This document shows, one piece after another, positions 10,237 to 16,973 of a stretch of DNA of 64,000 nt. How positions within the stretch are numbered: position 1 is the stretch's first letter; each line of letters opens with the position of its first letter. Below the pieces are notes generated by a model. It was given only the letters and a program-made list of their open reading frames with translations. It did no database searches and was not told the origin of the DNA. Source of the DNA: Flavobacteriaceae bacterium (GTDB lineage: Bacteria > Bacteroidota > Bacteroidia > Flavobacteriales > Weeksellaceae); the NCBI GenBank assembly GCA_031277475.1, contig JAITMJ010000067.1, positions 2,107 through 66,106 of the forward strand. Reading direction: 5' to 3'. The position numbers and the translations under genes were made by a program.

Positions 10237-12099
10237 TTATCGCCCCAAATAAACCAATAAAACATTGATGTCTGCTGGAGAAACACCACTGATTCGCGAT
10301 GCTTGTGCGATGGTTTTGGGTTTTATGTTGTTCAGTTTTTGTTTGGCTTCGGAGGACAGGGAAAATATTTTTGTGTAGTCAAAATTCTCGGGAATTTTTA
10401 TGTTTTCCATTCGGTTTTGTTTCGCCACACTTTCCTGCTCTTTCTCGATGTAGCCCTTGTATTTGATGTTGATTTCCACTTGTTCCCGAATTTCTTCGGA
10501 ATATTGATTTACTTTTTCACCAATGATTTCAATTTTAGAAAGTTTCTCCAAATTAATGTTCGGTCGGGTTAAAAATTGCGAAGCGCGATATGCTTGATCC
10601 ACAGGATTGCTTTCGTTTTCTTCGAGAATCGGGTTTATGATTCCGGGTTTCAAAGAAAGTCCACCGAGAAAAGATTCTAATTCTTCGCTTTTTTTAATTT
10701 TTTCTTCTGCCTTTTTCATTCGATTTTCTTTTGCCAATCCCAAATTAAACGATTTTTCCGTCAAGCGAATGTCTGCATTATCTTGCCTCAAAATAAGCCG
10801 AAATTCCGCACGAGAGGTGAACATTCTGTACGGTTCTTCAGTTCCTTTTGTGATGAGATCGTCAATCAAAACGCCGATATACGCCTCGTTTCGGTTTAAT
10901 GTAAATTCTTCTTTTTCGTAAATTTTGTTGTGAGCGTTAATTCCCGCAATCAAACCTTGTCCTGCGGCTTCTTCATAACCTGTCGTTCCGTTGATTTGTC
11001 CGGCAAAAAACAGGTTTTCAATAAGTTTTGTTTCGAGTGTGTGTTTCAGTTGCGTTGGCGGAAAATAATCGTATTCTATCGCGTAGCCCGGACGAAAAAT
11101 TTTAGCATTTTCAAAACCCGGAATTTGTTTGATTGCCTTTGTTTGAACGTCTTCGGGAAGCGATGTACTGAAACCGTTCACATAGATTTCGATGGTTTTC
11201 CAACCTTCCGGCTCTACAAAAATTTGATGCCGATTTCTCTCCGAAAATCTATTGATTTTATCTTCAATACTTGGGCAATATCTCGGACCGATACTTTGAA
11301 TGGTTCCATTAAACATCGGACTTCTGTCGAATCCCGAACGCAAAATTTCGTGGACGTTTTCGTTCGTATAAGTGATGTGGCAACTCTTTTGTTCCGTGAG
11401 TTTCGGTGTGTCTGAATAACTGAATTTCTGCGGATTTTCGTCGCCTTTTTGTTCTTCCATTTTGGAATAATCAAGGCTTCTTCCGTCCACACGAGGCGGC
11501 GTTCCGGTTTTCATTCTTCCCGCGTCAAAACCCAAAGAAACCAACTGTTCCGTGATTCCGAAAGCGCGCGGTTCGCCCATTCTTCCGCCACCGAATTGTT
11601 TATCGCCGACGTGAATTAATCCGTTCAAAAAAGTTCCGTTGGTCAGAATTACGGATTTTCCTTTAATTTCAATTCCCATCGCCGTAACCACGCCCGCAAC
11701 TTTATGATTCTCAACGATTAATCCTTTAACCATATCTTGAAAAAAGTCGAGATTTGGGGTGTTTTCGAGGGCAAATCTCCATTCTGTAGCGAACGACATT
11801 CTGTCGTTTTGTGTTCTCGGCGACCACATTGCCGGACCTTTTGAACGGTTCAGCATTTTAAATTGTATTGCGGATTTGTCGGCAACAATTCCCGAAAAAC
11901 CGCCCATCGCATCAATTTCTCGAACAATCTGCCCTTTTGCAATTCCGCCCATTGCCGGATTGCAACTCATTTGTCCGATGGTTTGCATATTCATCGTTAT
12001 CAAAAGCGTTTTCGAGCCAAGATTTGCCGCTGCTGCCGCCGCTTCACAGCCGGCGTGTCCGCCGCCAACAACGATAACATCATATATTTCGGAAATCAT
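10237..12099 (-). CDS. mnmG: tRNA uridine-5-carboxymethylaminomethyl(34) synthesis enzyme MnmG (GidA)
   Basis: 620 aa with an FAD-binding N-terminus VIVVGGGHAGCEAAAAAANLG, MSCNPAMGG, and a conserved GidA core and C-terminal domain. Confidence 0.97.
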   Translation of the reverse strand: MISEIYDVIVVGGGHAGCEAAAAAANLGSKTLLITMNMQTIGQMSCNPAMGGIAKGQIVREIDAMGGFSGIVADKSAIQFKMLNRSKGPAMWSPRTQNDRMSFATEWRFALENTPNLDFFQDMVKGLIVENHKVAGVVTAMGIEIKGKSVILTNGTFLNGLIHVGDKQFGGGRMGEPRAFGITEQLVSLGFDAGRMKTGTPPRVDGRSLDYSKMEEQKGDENPQKFSYSDTPKLTEQKSCHITYTNENVHEILRSGFDRSPMFNGTIQSIGPRYCPSIEDKINRFSERNRHQIFVEPEGWKTIEIYVNGFSTSLPEDVQTKAIKQIPGFENAKIFRPGYAIEYDYFPPTQLKHTLETKLIENLFFAGQINGTTGYEEAAGQGLIAGINAHNKIYEKEEFTLNRNEAYIGVLIDDLITKGTEEPYRMFTSRAEFRLILRQDNADIRLTEKSFNLGLAKENRMKKAEEKIKKSEELESFLGGLSLKPGIINPILEENESNPVDQAYRASQFLTRPNINLEKLSKIEIIGEKVNQYSEEIREQVEINIKYKGYIEKEQESVAKQNRMENIKIPENFDYTKIFSLSSEAKQKLNNIKPKTIAQASRISGVSPADINVLLVYLGR

Positions 12100-12132
12100 T
12101 TTTTTGTTTATGTTTTTAATATTTTATGTGGA

Positions 12133-12148
12133 TGTTTCACGTGAAACA
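12133..12148. promoter_or_regulatory. parS (ParB/Spo0J binding site), second perfect copy TGTTTCACGTGAAACA
   Basis: Identical 16-mer located 34 bp upstream of the mnmG start, between ybeY and mnmG. It is preceded by TTATGTGGAT, a 7/9 DnaA-box-like word. Confidence 0.8.
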
Positions 12149-12217
12149 TTTGTTAGACAAAGAGAAAAAAGATTAAAGACAAAAGACGCTAAATCCTTGT
12201 CGAAAGGGCTTTAATGT

Positions 12218-12649
12218 CTATTTTTCCTTGTCCAAAACGGATTGATATTTGCTTAAATAAAAATCTTCTTTATCTCGCATTTCTTTTTGTTCGGTTTCCG
12301 AAAGGTCTTTATATCCGCAGAGATGTAGAATGCCGTGAGCCAAAACCCGCCTTAATTCTTCGTCGAAATTTTTGGAAAGCAAAGATGCGTTCTCGGAAAT
12401 GCGGGGCAAAGATACGAAAATATCGCCGCTTATATTTTTCCCGTCAACATAATCAAAAGTGATAATGTCTGTATAATAATCGTGTTCGAGGTAATCTTGA
12501 TTGATTTTAAGCAAATATTCATCATCACAAAAAATATAATTAATCTCGCCCAACTTTTTTCCTTCGGAAACAATTAAATTCTTCAGCCAAATTTTAATAT
12601 TCGGACGAAAAGAAATTTTTTCGATATTTTCAAAATGAAAGTGTATCAT
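12218..12649 (-). CDS. ybeY: rRNA maturation RNase YbeY
   Basis: 143 aa with the zinc-binding motif HGILHLCGYKD typical of YbeY. Confidence 0.93.
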   Translation of the reverse strand: MIHFHFENIEKISFRPNIKIWLKNLIVSEGKKLGEINYIFCDDEYLLKINQDYLEHDYYTDIITFDYVDGKNISGDIFVSLPRISENASLLSKNFDEELRRVLAHGILHLCGYKDLSETEQKEMRDKEDFYLSKYQSVLDKEK

Positions 12650-12653
12650 TGTT

Positions 12654-13772
12654 TTAAATTACAAAATCTCGAAAATTGTTTTGGTTGATTAAACGAATAT
12701 CGGAATTGTAAGAATTGGTGAACGTCTTCGGAATTTTTAATTTTGAATTAGAACCCCACTTAATTTCATAGCCGAAGATTTTTCCGTTAAAATCTTCAAT
12801 ATAGTCAATTTCCTGCTGCTGTCGAGTTCGCCAAAAAAAAGATTTTGTCAGAAGAAGTTCGTTGTTAATTTTCTTTAATCTTTCGGAAATTAAAAAATTT
12901 TCCCAAAGTTTCCCCACATCTTCCCTGGTTTCAATGTGGTTTAGGTTTCCAATAATGATGTTCCGAATCCCGTTGTCCCAAAAATATATTTTTTGATTAT
13001 TTTTTATCTCATTTCTCAAATTTCGGCTAAAACTCGGCAGTTTAAAGATAATATAATTCTGCACGCACAAATCAATATAGTTGCTTACGGTTTTCACATC
13101 TACGGAAAGAAGTTTGGAAAGTTCGTTGTAACTCACTTCGCCGCCGACTTGATAAGCCAAAGCCTTGAGCAGATTTTCCAAAATTTCAGGTTTTCTGATG
13201 CCCGAAAAATTTAGAATGTCTTTATAAAGATAACTTTCGGCGAGTTGTTTTAATATTTCATATTCGTTTCCAAAATTATTGATAACTTCGGGATACATGC
13301 CGTAAACAATGCGCAAATTCAGTTGTTGTTGAGATTTCAGATATCCTTGGTTTTCTTCAAATTCTTTCCACGAAATGGGCAAAAGAAGATATTCCCATTT
13401 TCTTCCGGTCAGACTTTCCTGCATCAAATTATTGATTTCAAAAGCAGAGGAACCGCTTGCAAAAATTTGGATATTTTTTATTTGATCGGCAATAATTTTT
13501 AAGGTAATGCCGATGTTTTCTATTCTTTGTGCTTCGTCAATGAAAGCAAAACTATATCCGTTCAAAAGATTTTTCAGTTCTTCTGTGTTTATATTTGCAA
13601 GAATTCTCCGAACAGCCGGATCATCACCATTTAGAAATAAAACGTTTTTTTTGTTTTTCAAAATATCCTGAATAAGGGTTGTTTTCCCCACTTGTCTCGC
13701 CCCAACGAGAATGATGATTTTTCCGGAATTAATATTCGATTCTAAAATTTTTTGTAAATCTCTTTTAATCAT
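12654..13772 (-). CDS. AAA family ATPase with DUF4143-type C-terminal region
   Basis: Walker A GARQVGKTT and Walker B-like FAFIDEAQ. I prefer the ATG at 13772 (MIKRDLQKILE). Confidence 0.85.
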   Translation of the reverse strand: MIKRDLQKILESNINSGKIIILVGARQVGKTTLIQDILKNKKNVLFLNGDDPAVRRILANINTEELKNLLNGYSFAFIDEAQRIENIGITLKIIADQIKNIQIFASGSSAFEINNLMQESLTGRKWEYLLLPISWKEFEENQGYLKSQQQLNLRIVYGMYPEVINNFGNEYEILKQLAESYLYKDILNFSGIRKPEILENLLKALAYQVGGEVSYNELSKLLSVDVKTVSNYIDLCVQNYIIFKLPSFSRNLRNEIKNNQKIYFWDNGIRNIIIGNLNHIETREDVGKLWENFLISERLKKINNELLLTKSFFWRTRQQQEIDYIEDFNGKIFGYEIKWGSNSKLKIPKTFTNSYNSDIRLINQNNFRDFVI

Positions 13773-13795
13773 TGTTTTAAATAAAAAAATCGGAG

Positions 13796-13803
13796 CAAAT
13801 TTA
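13796..13803 (-). promoter_or_regulatory. Bacteroidota-type -7 promoter box TAAATTTG for the AAA ATPase gene
   Basis: The minus-strand TAAATTTG matches TAnnTTTG and sits 23 nt upstream of the ATG at 13772. Confidence 0.4.
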
Positions 13804-13818
13804 TAAAATTTTATTTTT

Positions 13819-13922
13819 ATAATCCACAAATGTTATGTTTTTTATGGAACATAATCCATAAATGTTATGTTTTTTTATGGAATATAATCCATAAATGTTA
13901 TGTTTTTTATGGGATACAATCT
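13819..13922. repeat. tandem direct repeat, 3.2 copies of a 32-33-bp unit ATAATCCA(C/T)AAATGTTATGTTTTTT(T)ATGG(A/G)A(A/C/T)
   Basis: Units lie at 13819-13850, 13851-13883 and 13884-13915, with a partial unit at 13916-13922. Each unit contains the inverted arms CCATAAA / TTTATGG. There are no spacers. Confidence 0.9.
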
Positions 13923-13942
13923 GCAAAAGAAAAAAACTCAAC

Positions 13943-16108
13943 TCAAAACCAATGCCCCAAAACCACGTTGAACATTCCTTTTTTGCTTTTTACGGATTGT
14001 CCGTAGTTTATTTTTATTTGTCCGAAAGGCGAGCGGTAGCCCAGTGTGATTCCTAATGAAGTTTCTTTTATCCTCAATGCGTTTTCCATATTCAAATCGT
14101 CAAAATAATTGACAAAATTCACGCTTCCGGTAGCGAAAAAATTCTTGTAAAACCGAACTCGAAATCGGTTGGACATCGTCAATAAATTGTCGGAAAAAAT
14201 TTGTCCGAAATTATAGCCTTCAAAATCGGCGAAATTCACGAGATTTTGCTCGAACATCCCGCCCAATCCGTATTTGTAATAAATATTTTGATACGGATTT
14301 CCGATGGTGAACCCGCCAAAAAGATTGAGGCTGTATGTAAATCTTCTGAAAATCGGGATGTGAACGGCTATTTTCGCTTTTGTTTGAAGCGTTTTCTTTT
14401 CAATTTCGGAGTTTAATAAATCTATGATTTTTCCTTCGGCGTTCAGAAAAAAACCTCTCGTCGGGAAATCTTTGTCGTTTTGCGTGTCGCTTTTCAGAAA
14501 AACGTACGGATTGATATAATTTCTCGCGTCGTAATAATCCCCAATTCCGGTTTGCCTCTCGAAATAATCGTGGCTCAAGCCGCCGCCAATGGCGTATTTA
14601 TCTCTCCAAACCGATTGAATATAAACGTCGTTTCGGAACCAAATCCAGTTTTCGTAAACATCGGAATCGCTGTCTTCCAACTCCACACGCATTCCGGAAG
14701 CGTAAATTCCAAAGCCCGGAATATAGCCGTTGTCAATAAAATAATTGAAATAATATCTCGGCATATCGCCGACAACGCCGTCAAAAGAAAAAATCGCATT
14801 TCTGAAAAGCAAGCGTTTTGCGGTAATGTTTATCAGCAAACCGGTGTTGAAAATATCGTCGTAATGCAATCCGAATTTCAGAAACAATCGCGTGTTATCT
14901 TCCTGAACATCAAGTTTTAACAGATAATTTTCGTCGTGCGAAATCAGGTCGTAATTGATGAGATTGTAGTTGTTTGTGGCGTAGAGTTTATCGATCATTT
15001 TATTGACGTTCGCATAAGTTTGCGAGGATGGAATTTTCAGCCCCAATTTTCCTTGAACGTAGGATTTATTAAATATCAAATTGTTTGTAACTTGCAGGCT
15101 GTCAATATTATAAATATTAGAATAAATCAAATTTTTAGAAAATCGAGACGTTGTGGAATCTCGTTTCGGAAGTTGGGAAAGAATTGCCTCGAATTTTTTT
15201 GCCGCCACAAAACCGGAGTCCAAAATTTTTATTTTATCGTTATAACTTGTTGCCGATAAACCCGACAAATCCGGATGAATATTGATGTCCGTATATTGAT
15301 ATTGATTTTTGGTTTCCTTTTGAATGCCGAAATCTATCACCTGATTCAGAATGTCAATCAAAGAATTCAGATTGTCGGCGGAAGCCAAACCTTGATTCAA
15401 ATCTACGCCGATGACAATATCTATTCCTTTGTCTTTCAACGGTTTGGAAGGATAATTTAATGTTACCGCTCCGTCAATATAAAGGCTGTCACCGATTTTT
15501 ACGGGATCCAGCAAAGACGGAAACGCCGAACTCGCCATAATGGAATTGACCAAATCGCCTTTTTCAAAAATCTCTGTTTTCCCGCTTTCGAGGTTGGTTG
15601 CCACGCACAAAAACGGAATCGGAAGTTTGGAAAAATCGTTGGTGCTTGATACGTTTTTAAAGAGTTCTTTCAGGAGGTAAATATTTTTTTGTCCTTTGGA
15701 AAAGGCTTTCGGAATAATCTTGAATTTCCCGTCGTACACCGGAATTGTCAGCAGATATTTGTCGGTAGATTTGCTGAAAAAAGAGGTTTCTCGACGTGTT
15801 TTTTCGTTGGCGAGAATGTTGTAAAAATCGGTTTTCAGAATCACGTTTTCGATTTCTTTCGCAGAATATCCCGAAGCGTAAAGTCCGCCAACAATCGCTC
15901 CCATACTTGTTCCGGCGATATAATCTATTTTAATTCCCAGAGAATCAATCACTTTCAAAACCCCGACGTGCGCAAAACCTTTCGCACCGCCGCCCGAAAG
16001 CGACAGCCCGATTTTCGGCTGTTCCGGCACAAGCAAACTGTCTTTCACTTGAGATTTCAGTGAAAAAAAGAAAATTAACAGTGCGAAAAACGAGAGGCGG
16101 GGTTTCAT
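13943..16108 (-). CDS. patatin-like phospholipase with C-terminal Omp85/BamA-like beta-barrel region
   Basis: Oxyanion motif SGGGAKG, lipase serine GTSMG, and a DGA catalytic Asp context, followed by a long beta-rich C-terminal half ending in F. I prefer the ATG at 16108 (MKPRLSFFALL, signal peptide). Confidence 0.9.
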   Translation of the reverse strand: MKPRLSFFALLIFFFSLKSQVKDSLLVPEQPKIGLSLSGGGAKGFAHVGVLKVIDSLGIKIDYIAGTSMGAIVGGLYASGYSAKEIENVILKTDFYNILANEKTRRETSFFSKSTDKYLLTIPVYDGKFKIIPKAFSKGQKNIYLLKELFKNVSSTNDFSKLPIPFLCVATNLESGKTEIFEKGDLVNSIMASSAFPSLLDPVKIGDSLYIDGAVTLNYPSKPLKDKGIDIVIGVDLNQGLASADNLNSLIDILNQVIDFGIQKETKNQYQYTDINIHPDLSGLSATSYNDKIKILDSGFVAAKKFEAILSQLPKRDSTTSRFSKNLIYSNIYNIDSLQVTNNLIFNKSYVQGKLGLKIPSSQTYANVNKMIDKLYATNNYNLINYDLISHDENYLLKLDVQEDNTRLFLKFGLHYDDIFNTGLLINITAKRLLFRNAIFSFDGVVGDMPRYYFNYFIDNGYIPGFGIYASGMRVELEDSDSDVYENWIWFRNDVYIQSVWRDKYAIGGGLSHDYFERQTGIGDYYDARNYINPYVFLKSDTQNDKDFPTRGFFLNAEGKIIDLLNSEIEKKTLQTKAKIAVHIPIFRRFTYSLNLFGGFTIGNPYQNIYYKYGLGGMFEQNLVNFADFEGYNFGQIFSDNLLTMSNRFRVRFYKNFFATGSVNFVNYFDDLNMENALRIKETSLGITLGYRSPFGQIKINYGQSVKSKKGMFNVVLGHWF

Positions 16109-16207
16109 CGGTTTGTTTTTTAGCCACAAAGACTTAAATGCAAATATAAAGAATGTTTAAAAAAACGTTGGGGATGCGGATAATTTCGGTTTCAGTCGCC
16201 AAGCGGT

Positions 16208-16239
16208 TTTGTATTCTATGTTTTGGGATTCGGGCATAA
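16208..16239 (+). repeat. 32-bp perfect direct repeat, copy 1 (TTTGTATTCTATGTTTTGGGATTCGGGCATAA)
   Basis: Identical to 16651-16682. Together the two copies frame the gene remnant. Confidence 0.95.
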
Positions 16240-16298
16240 ATCATTATTTTTTTCAATCTTCGGAAACTTCAGACAAACTTCGGACAAACTTCGGGCAT

Positions 16299-16650
16299 TC
16301 ACGGAAAAATATATTTGGAATGATTAGTATCTCCTTCATTTATAAGTAATTTTATTTCTGTCAATTCGGACAAATCTCGGCGTGCTGTTCTATCTGAAAC
16401 GTTATATTTTGCTGCGTATTCCGAACTTGTTATTTCGCCTTTTTCTTTAAAAAACAATAGGGCGTCAATTTGCCTTTCATTCAATCCTAATTTGCTCAAA
16501 TCTTCTTTATTGTATATATCTTTGCGGAAAACAGTCCAAAAATCGTTGCCTTTGCAGGAAAATTGAGGAACGGGAATATTGGCTTCAAGGCAGAGATTTT
16601 TCATTTTGTCCACACCGCGCCCCCAAGATTCTACATAACCGCTTCGGAAA
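16299..16650 (-). pseudogene. 3-prime remnant of an AlbA_2/HATPase_c_4-type putative regulator with C-terminal winged-HTH
   Basis: Only about the last 115 codons are present (..GYVESWGRGVDKMKNLCLEANIPVPQF .. ITSSEYAAKYNVSDRTARRDLSELTEIKLL). Full-length relatives are several-fold longer. Similarity stops at an in-frame TAG inside repeat copy 2. Confidence 0.6.
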
Positions 16651-16682
16651 TTTGTATTCTATGTTTTGGGATTCGGGCATAA
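16651..16682 (+). repeat. 32-bp perfect direct repeat, copy 2
   Basis: Identical to 16208-16239. It ends one base before the stop codon of the 91-aa gene. Confidence 0.95.
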
Positions 16683-16958
16683 TTATTCTTCTTTAATGGT
16701 TTTTAATGCGTCAGCCATTGCCTGCAATTTATCCACATCCTTTTCATTGAAAATAAATTCGTCCCAATGTCCATATTTACAACGGTAACCGAAAATATAT
16801 TTTAATCCATATTTTAATCGCCTCCAAAAACCACGTTGGGTAAGATGAATGCTTAAATATATCATTTTATCGTCTTCATCGTAATGAACTAAGATTTGAT
16901 GTTCGCTGCTATGACAACGGCAAAGCAGGATTTCTGTTTCTTCAAGTTTTCGTTTCAT
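16683..16958 (-). CDS. hypothetical small Cys/His-rich protein (91 aa)
   Basis: Its ATG lies 15 bp downstream of the Type IIG stop on the same strand. The translation is MKRKLEETEILLCRCHSSEHQILVHYDEDD ... YRCKYGHWDEF. I recognise no family. Confidence 0.6.
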   Translation of the reverse strand: MKRKLEETEILLCRCHSSEHQILVHYDEDDKMIYLSIHLTQRGFWRRLKYGLKYIFGYRCKYGHWDEFIFNEKDVDKLQAMADALKTIKEE

Positions 16959-16973
16959 ATATTTGGTGGTATT

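Noticed and set aside
12100-12217. Possible oriC between ybeY and mnmG
   Set aside because: Only one weak DnaA-box-like word (TGTGGAT) occurs next to the parS site, with no cluster of DnaA boxes and no obvious AT-rich unwinding element. I therefore report only origin proximity, not an origin.
13819-13922. Possible CRISPR array (regular ~32-bp repeats)
   Set aside because: The units are directly adjacent with no spacers, and only about 3 copies are present. The sequence is AT-rich and no cas genes are nearby. It is a plain tandem repeat.
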